Shown here: positions 10,401 to 19,502 of the stretch, piece by piece
How positions within the stretch are numbered: the first letter of the stretch is position 1
Layout: each line of letters starts with the position of its first letter
DNA from: Piromyces finnis finn
Lineage: Eukaryota > Fungi > Neocallimastigomycota
Assembly: GCA_002104945.1 (NCBI GenBank)
Contig: MCFH01000136.1
Coordinates: 1-29,026, forward strand
Direction: 5' to 3'
Length of the DNA stretch: 29,026 nt
Made by a program: the position numbers and the translations under genes
The notes under the pieces: generated by a model
Database searches by the model: none
What the model saw: the letters and a program-made list of their open reading frames with translations, nothing else
Told to the model about the DNA's origin: nothing

Positions 10401-11602
10401 CCAAGTGTTTCCGTCAATTCATTGAACTCTTCCAAGTAATCGTATGCTTTTCCCCACTCATGTGTGAGCTTAAGCAACTTTGACTTGCAGAGTTCATGGG
10501 GAGACTCTGGTGGAAACTTATCTTGAAGGTGGAGGAATAGTCTTTCAGCATCAGGATTCCTACGCTGCAACATCCTCTCTCTGAGTCTATACCATCTCAA
10601 TACTTTCCCACCTAGATGATCTTCAATGAAGCTAACCTTTGCCTTTTCGTCGTTACCATAGTCATATGGGTAACGTTTGAAATGACGTAAGCACTTCTCC
10701 TGAAAACCCTCTAAATCTATCCCATTGTTATCAAACATAGGCACTTTTACTTCATACCTATGTACTCGCCAGTCGAACATCTTCACGTCCCCATCCTCGG
10801 AGTATTCCGTAGGGTTGGTGCTACTACTAGTTCCAGCACCATGAGGGTTACCCATACCACCGGTTTGATAGGATGTTCTTTCTTGAGTTCTGGCTTCAGC
10901 TCTTCTGTTCATGGCTTCGACTTTAGCCTCGAACAATTTTTCTCTTTCTTCTAGAGCGTTTCGTTGCTCCCTCAATCTGGCCATCTCTTCTTCAAGCTCT
11001 TTTTTATAAGAGACAAAGGCACTAGATTGGCGGTACAACGTTTCTTGGTTGTTTAACACTTGCTGGTGGTCTTGTAACCTTTCCTCATGTTCTGCAGTAA
11101 AGGCATTTTCCACAGCATGCAGCTCTTCCAAGCTAACTTGGCTAGCTGACTCATTTGCTTCCAACCTTTGATCCACTTCAACAAATTTTTGCTGAAAAGC
11201 ATCGTTTATCTCGCTCTTGTAAACCTCAATACCCCGAAGTTGTTCTTCCATAGCACCCAGACGGTTTCCCATACTAGCAAACTGGCTAGATATTTCCGAA
11301 ACCCATCTATTAAGAAGAACTTCAATGTGCTGCATTGGGTTTACCTCACTATTATTAGTAAAAAAGAAAGAAGGATCAACAGGGGCGGGCATAGAATCCC
11401 CCTGTTGAACCTGTAAATTCTGATTAGATTCGACCTCGGTGCTTTCGAGAAGCACCGGGGTTCGAACCCGTGACATTCCCTCTACACCATCCATGCCATC
11501 CGCGCTCGCCGCGTCAGGACGGGTCCCGTCCCTTACGAATGATGTTTTTGTGTCCAATTTATGGACACCTCGAGGGTTAGGGGACTTACCTGTATTTTTC
11601 AT
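7415..11602 (-). CDS. gag-pol: Gag-protease-RT-RNase H polyprotein
   Basis: First ATG at 11602 (the ORF track starts at TTG 11629). Coiled-coil N-terminus, capsid-like LGGKVLRWY, protease LYDTGS, RT YLDD, RNase H CDAS...ELLAI...SDHRNL. No CCHC knuckle seen. Confidence 0.95.
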   Translation of the reverse strand: MKNTGKSPNPRGVHKLDTKTSFVRDGTRPDAASADGMDGVEGMSRVRTPVLLESTEVESNQNLQVQQGDSMPAPVDPSFFFTNNSEVNPMQHIEVLLNRWVSEISSQFASMGNRLGAMEEQLRGIEVYKSEINDAFQQKFVEVDQRLEANESASQVSLEELHAVENAFTAEHEERLQDHQQVLNNQETLYRQSSAFVSYKKELEEEMARLREQRNALEEREKLFEAKVEAMNRRAEARTQERTSYQTGGMGNPHGAGTSSSTNPTEYSEDGDVKMFDWRVHRYEVKVPMFDNNGIDLEGFQEKCLRHFKRYPYDYGNDEKAKVSFIEDHLGGKVLRWYRLRERMLQRRNPDAERLFLHLQDKFPPESPHELCKSKLLKLTHEWGKAYDYLEEFNELTETLGLPENVRRQVLIQQVRPSVREAFYDIPEQERTLETLSEVLLKCDDHQAVFRNETIEKYDKRDRQTTIMALLDITDPCRPSRWAELKQKNNKPNNKPKVEQTNTQAYAKNNNGTKERRESLNKSSFRRSSSFQPKQGPSSMGNNPLPKAMASQTTVNNSYYSQNQLVAEINARSNPRDIKRVEVLYDTGSTTNLIHPNLAKKLGLKVVDKPAIFRTVNGDIELKQFSDDLQLKLWLTPSGEQEAKPYCFNTSCHLSDNMPEMIIVGLGFMDEHFIYRGYDKDAQVRYFVVDNDKDKGHTNSYGVNGGDIYYCTQLSPITTVTNAKARRPLVTVTAENIEAEIVGNGSHKATRETRNGSSGGLASSSNLEKTCVSVGLVQSANLEKKCVSGGLTRSSDLEKNPVSVGLVQSVDLEKKCDSGGLAFESNLEKTCVSVGLVQESNLEKNHIYVGLVQEENLNENQPTPEEIVEKYYHNFKEAFNEEIANQLPEHRPYDCKIDLEPDASLHKGPIYPFNPEEEKALKEYIEENLAKGFIRKSESPAGYPVLFVPKKSGERQLCTDYRRLNKVTVRNSFPLPLISQVFEAMKGATIFSKLDLKSAYNLVRIREGDEYKTAFSTKFGHYEYLVMPFGLTNAPATFQGFINTVLAEEINDCCQVYLDDIIIYSKSLEEHVRHVKRVLQKLIDNRLVAKLAKCEFHKEELAFLGHVVGKYGIKTDPEKLKAVASWPQPTNLKELQSFLGFCNYYRKFIKDFSKIARPLYAMTSKKVQFLWNEERIQAFEKLKEMLLSPPVLAYPDHDRQFIVECDASNYAVGGVLSQLGDDNELHPVYYYSKKLTKAEINYSITEKELLAIRNAFIEWRHLLMGAKHKVLVYSDHRNLLFATKPQLLTARQARWQELFAAYNFEIIYRPGKMNGRADILSRMVSPEQVQLEMEKASLLRPEQVKEFPPVEEECYAVLEVSFVGELKQAYNTDELAREIRDGLDAKRGHKLIKKK
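9031..9332 (-). repeat. In-frame 45-bp (15-aa) tandem repeat between protease and RT
   Basis: TTCTCTAAG at 9072, 9117, 9162, 9207, 9252 and 9297; peptide units such as NLEKTCVSVGLVQSA and NLEKKCVSGGLTRSS. Confidence 0.95.
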
Positions 11603-11891
11603 TTCTAATTCAAAAATAAATTCTTTCAATAAATTAAAGAATTTATTATATAAAATATGATTGTGATGAATTTTAAAATTTAAATTAATGAATTTTTTAT
11701 TACTAAACTATTAGAAAATAATTATTTTAATAATAAATTTACTTCTTTTAAATATAATATTTGAATATTATATAAAATATTGTAAATAATTATTATTAAA
11801 CAATAATTTAAATAAAATAAAATATGTTTTTTAAGAACTTTTAATAAAATTAACCTAATTAAAACTAAGCTAACGTAAGAACTAACTATAA

Positions 11892-11902
11892 AGCGTTAGT
11901 AT
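11892..11902 (-). other. Primer-binding site of A2, self-priming type
   Basis: Minus-strand ATACTAACGCT abuts the 5' LTR end, has no TGG start, and is complementary to AGCGTTAGTAT inside the LTR (12187-12177). Confidence 0.75.
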
Positions 11903-12397
11903 TGTAAAAGGTGTTTTTATAATATTAGTTAATAAGTTATTAATATTTAGCTAATTAAGTTAGTTATTACCTCTCTATACGAGTTAATAACTAAATAAAG
12001 TTTTATAAAAAATAATAAAAGAACTAAAATAAATATTATAACACAAAAATAAATATAAAACAAATAAATATTAATATGAAATATTATTTACTTAAATAAT
12101 TATTATAATTATTATCTTTTATTTATTAATTATAATTATATACATTAATTATTATTATAGTTACTAATTTACTTTAATACTAACGCTAAAGTATTTAACG
12201 TTAGTTTCAACTATACTATTTAACTATATTAGTTTATTTTCTTTACCACTTGATTGGGTAAAGTAAATAAACTTCCTATTTAATTAATAACCATTAATAT
12301 ATGGTTATACATATATCTGGCCAATAAATGGTGACCAGAATATATGGTTTCAATTGAAATATTTGTGGGCAAACTTATGGCCACAAATATTTCTTAC
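11903..12397 (-). repeat. 5' LTR of A2
   Basis: TGTAAAAGG...TTCTTAC; the terminal A is missing at the junction with the B LTR. Confidence 0.95.
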
Positions 12398-13167
12398 TGT
12401 AAAATATTCTATTCTAAGTTCAGGTTTGTATACACTAACTAAACTAAACACTAGTTATAAATTTATTTATTATTAAACTTTATTTATTTATTAAATTATA
12501 TTAAACTAAACTAAACTAAAACAACCGTTGATTACTTTACCGTGAAGGTTATTTCACCAGAGCCCTCACTAGGTAATCAATTATTAACTAATTAAATTAA
12601 AACTAATAATCTAAACTAACTATATAACTAACTATACGATTTTCCAACTATCGTTTCAATAGTTGAAAAATTTTCTTTATTTATACTTTTATATAAATTG
12701 AATAAATTCTAATATACATGTTTTAATATTATAATTTTACATTGTTTACATTTATGCATTTATTAAAAGAATTTATTTGTATTAAACTATTTAAATTCAA
12801 TTTATTTACTAAACTTAAAATAAAGTTTTGATTTATTTACTATATGATTGATTATATTTCAAACATATATTTAATTTATTTATTTCTAATTTTGAGGCTT
12901 AGTTTATAAAAAAAAAATTTTTCTTATCTAAAATATTTATTGGTTAAAAATTATTTAATTTAAAAAATTTATTTTATCATCAAAAACTTTATCTTATCAT
13001 AAAATTAAATTTACATAAATTTATGTTAATGTATTGTAATACATTATTTTATCGTAACTTTAGATTTCACATAGATTTATGTTAATGTATTGTGATATAA
13101 ATTTTGTAAAGATTTACGGTACATTAATTCAATACATTGTACATTATTTTAAATACGTATTAAATAC
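12398..13167 (-). repeat. Family B LTR in inverted orientation, lacking ~26 bp at its U3 end
   Basis: Reverse complement of 14901-15649 with scattered substitutions and indels. Confidence 0.9.
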
Positions 13168-14835
13168 CTTTCCTAGAAAGCCTGAACTATTGTCGCAAAG
13201 ACAAATTCGCTGGAATTTGTTTTTGACCCGTTATGATTTCAAAATACAATATAGACCGGGTAAAGAAGGTGGTAAACCTGATGCTTTTCAAGACGTCCTG
13301 ATTATGAAGAAGATAAAAGTAATAAAGAAGACGAAGAAGCCTATTCTTGCTTGACAGTTAAAGAAATCGAAGATACTTTATGTCTTGTGTCTATTCAAGG
13401 GAATCTCAAAGAAGATTTAATTAAAAGAAATTAAAGAAGATGAAGAAATTAAAGAGTTAAATAAAAAAATACTACAAGGAAAATCTAACCGCAAATAAGA
13501 ATAAAAGAAATTATAAAAATTTAAGTTAAGTGAAAGAAGGAATTCTTTTGTATAAAAGTTTAATTTATGTACCAAAGAAAATGAGAAATACAATAATCTC
13601 GATGCATCATGATAATCCAATTCATGGTCATTTTGGTATTATCAAAACAAAGAATTAATTACAAGAAACTTTGTTTGGATAAACATGACTCAAGATATAG
13701 TTAAGTTTATTGCTTCTTGTAAAGTTTTGTGGAGCTGCTAAGGTTGATCGTCATAGACCTTATGGACTTTTACAGCCGTTACCTACTCCTGAAAGACCGT
13801 GGTCTTCTGTTTCAAATGGATTTTATAACTGATTTGCCAAAGTCAAAGGAAAAAACAGTTATAATGGTTGTTGTGGATAGATTAACGAAGATGGCTCACT
13901 TTATTCCGTTTAGAATGATTCCGACTGCTCAAATTGCTGCTGATGTTTTCTTTAGAGAAGTTTTCGTTTACATGGTCTACCTGATGAAATAATATCGGAT
14001 CGAGGAACCCAGTTTACTTCAGAATTTTGGCAAAGATTATGCACTTTGTTGAACATAAAGCACAATATCTCGAGTGCTCATCATCCTCAAACAGACGGGC
14101 AGACTGAACGTGTAAATAGTATTTTAGAACAATTTCTTAGATGTTATATTAACAAAAGAAAAAATAACTGGATGAACCTTTTGCCTTATGCTGAATTTGC
14201 GTATAATAATACACTTCAGCAATCCATAAATCAAACACCATTCTTTGCAAATTATGGGCAAAATCCAAGATTTAGTACCGAAATTCCTGCTGATAGCGAC
14301 AATAGAAGAGCTAACAGGCACGCCTCTCAGATGCAAGATAATATTAAATTTTTAAAGAAGAACTTAGAAAAAGCCAAGGAAAGATATAAGAAGTATGCCG
14401 ATTGTATTAGACTTATTGGACCTAAGTTAAAGGTTGGTGACTTAGTTTGGTTAAAGCGTCCTGACTTACTTCCTAAAGGACCTCCAAAATTAACAAATAA
14501 GAAACTTGGACCATTTAAGATTATTGAGAAAACAGGACCTGTTTCTTATAAATTGGAACTACCAGAAAAGTTTAAGATGTCATCCCGTTTTCCATATTTC
14601 GAACTTAGAACCTTATGTTGAAAGAGAAGTTGAAGTGAATGAATCAACTTCTAGAATTCCAAACATTGCTACCGATTCTGTTGAAGGAAGAATTCCATTG
14701 AAGATAGTTAGTGAAAAAGTTGTTAATGGAATTAAGTACTACTTTATGGTTTGGAAAAACTTATTACCTTCAGAAAGTACATGGCTTAAAGAAGATGAAA
14801 TCGATGACCCTCAATTGATCCAGGGAATACCTTAA
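13168..14835 (+). pseudogene. pol: Family B chromovirus pol 3' fragment (end of RNase H, integrase, GPY/F, chromodomain), frameshifted
   Basis: RQIRW...YRPGK; MDFITDLP; HPQTDGQTERVN; KLGPFKI...HPVFHISNLEP; KYYFMVWKN...STWL. The motifs are spread over several frames. Confidence 0.9.
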
Positions 14836-14861
14836 ATATAAGTCGCTCAGGGGCTCGACTT

Positions 14862-14874
14862 AAGAAGAGGGGCA
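14862..14874 (+). other. Polypurine tract of B
   Basis: AAGAAGAGGGGCA directly before TGTAAAAT. Confidence 0.85.
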
Positions 14875-15649
14875 TGTAAAATATGTATTAATAGAATAAT
14901 GTATTTAATACGTATTTAAAATAATGTACAATGTATTAAATTAATGTACCGTAAATTTTATTTTTTAATTACAAAAATTTATATCACAATACATTAACAT
15001 AAATTTATGTAAAATAAATTTTATGATAAGATAAGTTTTGATGATAAAAATAAAATTTTAAATTAATAAATTTTAACCAATAAATATTTAGATAATAAAA
15101 ATTTTTTTTATAAACTAAGCCTCAAAATTAGAAATAAATAAATTGAAAATATGTTTGAAATATAATCAACCATATAGTAAATAAATCAAAACTTTATTTT
15201 AAGTTTAGAAAATTCTTTAGTAAATAAATTGAATTTAAATAGTTTAATACAAATAATTTCTTTTAATAAATGTATAAATATAAACAATGTAAAATTATAA
15301 TATTAAAACATGTATATTAGAATTTATTCAATTTATTTAAAAAGTATAAATAAAGAAAATTTTCAACTATTGAACGATAGTTGGAAATCGTATAGGTTAA
15401 TTTTGTTAGATAAATTAACATTAGTTTATAATTAGTTATAGTTTAGATTAATAATTTTAGTTTAAATAAATATAAATTGATTACCTAGTGAGGCTCTGGT
15501 AAAATATCCTTCACGGTAAAGTAATCAACGGTTGTTTAGTTATATAGTTTTAAAAATAAATAAATAATAAATAAAAATTATTATTAAAAATAATTAGTTT
15601 AATTGTTAGTTTAGTGTTGTATACAAACTGAACTTTAGAATATTTTACA
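14875..15649 (+). repeat. 3' LTR of family B
   Basis: TGTAAAATA...TATTTTACA, 775 bp, follows the PPT. Confidence 0.92.
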
Positions 15650-16483
15650 GTCCAATTTATGGACCCTCGAGGGTTAGGCGACTTACCTGTATTTTTTCAT
15701 TTCTAACTCGAAATAAATTCTTTCAATAAATTAAAGAATTTATTATATAAAATATGATTATAATGAATTTTAAAATTTAAAATAATGAATTTTTTATGAC
15801 TAAACTATTAGAAAATATTATTTTTAATATAAATTTACTTCTTTTAAATATAATATTTGAATATTATATAAAATATTGTAAATAATTATTATTAAACAAT
15901 AATTTAATAAAATAAATATGTTTTTAAGAACTTTAAAAAACTAACCTAATTAAAACTAAGCTAACGTAAGAACTAATATAAAGCGTTAGTATTGTAAAAG
16001 GTTTCTTATATTATTAGTTAATAAGTTACTAATTAGTTTAATTAAGTTAGTTATTACCTCTCTATACGAGTTAATAACTAAATAAAGTTTTATAAAAATA
16101 ATAAAAGAAAGAAAATAAATATTATAACACTAAATAAATATAAACACTTATATAAATATTTTATGAAATAACTTTTACTTAAATAATTATATTTTAATTA
16201 TATCTTTATTTATTTATTATAATTATCTACATTAATTATTATTATAGCTATTAATTTACTTTAATACTAACGCTAAAGTATTTAACGTTAGTTTTGACTA
16301 TACTATTTAACTATATGAGTTTATTTTCTTTACCACTTGATTGGGTAAAGCAAATAAACTTCCTATTTAATTAATAACCATTAATATATGGTTATACATA
16401 TATTTGGCCAATAAATGATGACCAGAATATATGGTTCAATTGAATATTTGTGGGCAAACTTATGGCCACAAATATTTCTTACA
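15650..16483 (-). mobile_element. Family A 5' fragment (A3): 5' LTR 15993-16483, PBS 15982-15992, leader and first gag codons
   Basis: Diverged direct homologue of 11552-12397; truncated in early gag by the B LTR. Confidence 0.9.
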
Positions 16484-16484
16484 A

Positions 16485-17270
16485 TGATATAATTTGATAA
16501 TAATCTTAATTTTGAATTTTACTTCAAAAAGTGATTATTATATTATATCTTGAGTTATAACTATATAAGTTATATGGATTAGAATTTGAAATTGTTTTTA
16601 TAAAGATTAATAAAATTGTTTTATTAAAAACACTAAATTGTTTTATTAGAAACACTCGTTTTTCTAATATTTAAATATTTAAAATTTTATTTAATTAATT
16701 ATAAAAGTGATTATTAAAATTATAATATTTCTTTATTAATAATAATAATAATGATTAAAATAAGAATATTTACATGTATTTATATTTTCTTTTAATTTTA
16801 AACTATTTACATTAAAATAATAAAATTAATAACTATTTACAGTAAAAGTAATAAAAGTAATTAAAAATAACAATAAAAGAAATAATTAAAAGTTAAAGAA
16901 TATAAAAAGTTGTTTATTTTACAATTAATTAAAGTAATAACTATTTTTAATATTTTAATAAAAGTGTATAATTATATTATTTATAACATGGATTATTATA
17001 TTGTTTACTTTTAAAGTGTAATTTACTAACGAAGTTATTAAATATTAATTTAATAATTAATTTAACAAAAGTTATATATTTTGATCTCGATTAATTAAAG
17101 TTTATTATTTTCTTTCAATAATTAGAATATATGCAGTGTTTAGGATTAATTTTATTTAGAATTTTGGTAAAGTAATTAATTAAACTATAACTTATTAAAG
17201 TTACTTTTAGGGTTAATTTGAAAATCAGGTTTAATAATAATTTTATATTTATTAATTTCATTATTTATCA
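16485..17270. mobile_element. Solo-LTR-like unit H, possibly a distant relative of F
   Basis: TGATA...TATCA termini. TSD ACAA (16481-16484) is recovered on the right once D2 is removed. Patchy similarity to the ends of F1. Confidence 0.6.
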
Positions 17271-17272
17271 AC

Positions 17273-18092
17273 TGTAAGAATTAATAATTATTTTTTGTAT
17301 AAATTAATTCTTATTTAATTATTTTTTAATTATTAAATTAATTATTTATTTAAACTATTAGCATACATTCATTTAAATTACTATAAACATTTATCTATAT
17401 TGATATTAATATTCATTTACTTAATTTAAAATTTATTTAATTACTATATTAATTATTTATTTATTTAATTTAGTAATATATTTAAAATAATAGTAAACAT
17501 TCATTTATTTTTAATTAATAATTTTTGTATTACATTTTATAAGAAACATATATATTTTATTTTACGTTTGTATTTTATATTTATGTATCGTATCTTGAAA
17601 TAACTTATAGAACAATTAGAAATATAAATACATATTAGGACAATCGGATATTAAGGTTTTTCCCGAATTTTAATCGGTTTTACTTAATATTACGATGATT
17701 GATATATTAGTTATCAATCGAATATCTTTTAGGTTTTTCTTCTAGTCTTTTCCTAAAAAGATTATTTGTTAAGATAGAAATTCTTTATTAAACTTTAAAT
17801 TATCAAAAAATTATAAATATAAGGACTCTGGAATTCCACTAAAGAATCCAGAGTTATTATTTTAAGACAATTATAATAAATAACCCTTTCAAAAACTATA
17901 TCATAAAAAATATTTACATTAAAGATAGTCTTAATATTTGTGTTTGTTATTATAATTCACTTATAATAAACTCTTTAAGATAAGTATTCATTTTATTTAC
18001 TATTAAGAAACTTCTCAATTTAATAATACATATTACGATTTGTATTATTATATTGTAGATAATAATTATTATTAATATATAATAATTATACA
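17273..18092. mobile_element. Solo LTR, family D, copy 2
   Basis: TGTAAG...ATACA; 5-bp TSD TCAAC (17268-17272 / 18093-18097). Confidence 0.9.
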
Positions 18093-18101
18093 TCAACAAA
18101 A

Positions 18102-18135
18102 TGATAAATAATTAAATTTATAAATTATGAATTTA

Positions 18136-18208
<73 letters not shown>

Positions 18209-18210
18209 TA

Positions 18211-18254
<44 letters not shown>

Positions 18255-18328
18255 TTAAAACACAGATAGTTAAAAATTAAAATAATTAACTTGTATAAAA
18301 TTATTAAATTAAAAATTATAAATGTAAA

Positions 18329-18359
<31 letters not shown>

Positions 18360-18767
18360 TAAATTAAATAGCTTATATTTGTTTATAATTATACTTTAAA
18401 ATAATAATTTTGTATAAATAGTGATAGAATCATTTTATTTTAAAATTGTTCCTAATAATCCAGTAAAATTAGATAATAATATTAAATTTTATTAAAATAA
18501 TAGTTGTGATTATATTTACATACATTCAAGATGTATTAAACAATACATATATATATTTAATAATACAAGATTATTAAATATTAAAACTTTATAATTAAAT
18601 AAAATAATTTTATATTTTAAACTAACAAAGACTTGTAAATGAACAAGTATAAAAATCATTTATTCTATTTTTATTTTCTTATTTATTTTTATTTATTAAA
18701 TTTTAGATACAAATATTATCACTTTCTATATTCATTTATAGAATTAAGATAATATCCTCTTCGTATA
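18102..18767. mobile_element. Solo-LTR-like unit, family F, copy 2 (inverted relative to copy 1)
   Basis: Reverse complement of 1054-1648. TGATA start; the end reads TATA rather than TATCA; flanked by AAAA on both sides. Confidence 0.7.
18136..18253. repeat. (AAT)n microsatellite inside F copy 2
   Basis: About 38 units with a short interruption near 18206-18216. Confidence 0.95.
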
Positions 18768-18771
18768 AAAA

Positions 18772-19479
18772 TGTTACGGTTCGAGGAATTTACTTTTATT
18801 TATAAAATATTAATAAATTTATTAATACTCAAAAATAATATTAAAATGAAATAAGAAAAATTGTTTTATTAATAAAATTGTTTTATTAAGATATTAATAT
18901 AAAATTATAAAATAAAATAAAAATAAAAATAAAAATATCTGTATATTCTCTAATTCTTATAATATACACCTTTTTATACTTTTTGTAAAAAATTAAGTAG
19001 TGTTAATTAAAAGAATTAGTCTTTAATTATTTACATAATTTTAGTATTTAAATTACTTTTAAATGAATAATAAATTACATTACTATTATAATAAATATTT
19101 ATACATATTATTAAATTGATTAACATACATTAAAGTTTACTTTAAATATATTTAACTAAAAAATTTTACTATTTTACAGAAATATTATTCATAATTTTAA
19201 TTAATAAAAATTCATTAACTTGATAAATTAAACTAAAAGTTCAATAAACTATAATTTTCAATATATTATTATTACTAAATTAATTTTTAAGTTTAATAAA
19301 ATAAAATTTAAGTTCAATAAAAAATAATTATTAATAATTTTAAATATAATTTAAGTGTATACATTAATTTACAAATAAGAATATTGTAAAGTTTTCATAC
19401 ATTTAGGAACAATAATGAATGGATTAGGTCATAATCATTAATTATGACAAGAATAACATTATTTGTTGGTTCCTTAACA
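18772..19479 (-). repeat. 3' LTR of C
   Basis: TGTTACGG...CCTTAACA, 708 bp; the first ~115 bp match 25931 onward. Confidence 0.9.
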
Positions 19480-19490
19480 AGTGCCCCCAC
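19480..19490 (-). other. Polypurine tract of C
   Basis: Minus strand GTGGGGGCACT before TGTTAAGG. Confidence 0.75.
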
Positions 19491-19502
19491 GAAGACTCTT
19501 GC

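Larger units (their letters stand above)
5805..12397 (-). mobile_element. Near full-length Ty3/Gypsy chromovirus (family A, copy A2)
   Basis: Two LTRs, PPT, PBS-position motif, and a gag-PR-RT-RH-IN-chromodomain frame in Gypsy order. Confidence 0.95.

Noticed and set aside
11584-11592. Perfect splice donor CAG|GTAAGT 13 nt after the gag ATG (also 15681-15689)
   Set aside because: A 9-mer can occur by chance, the frame is open through it, and no acceptor or product can be inferred. RNA-seq junction reads would be needed.
11552-16483. Direct repeats 11552-12397 and 15650-16483 as a giant TSD around B
   Set aside because: The copies differ by many substitutions, so they are better explained as two independent family A insertions.
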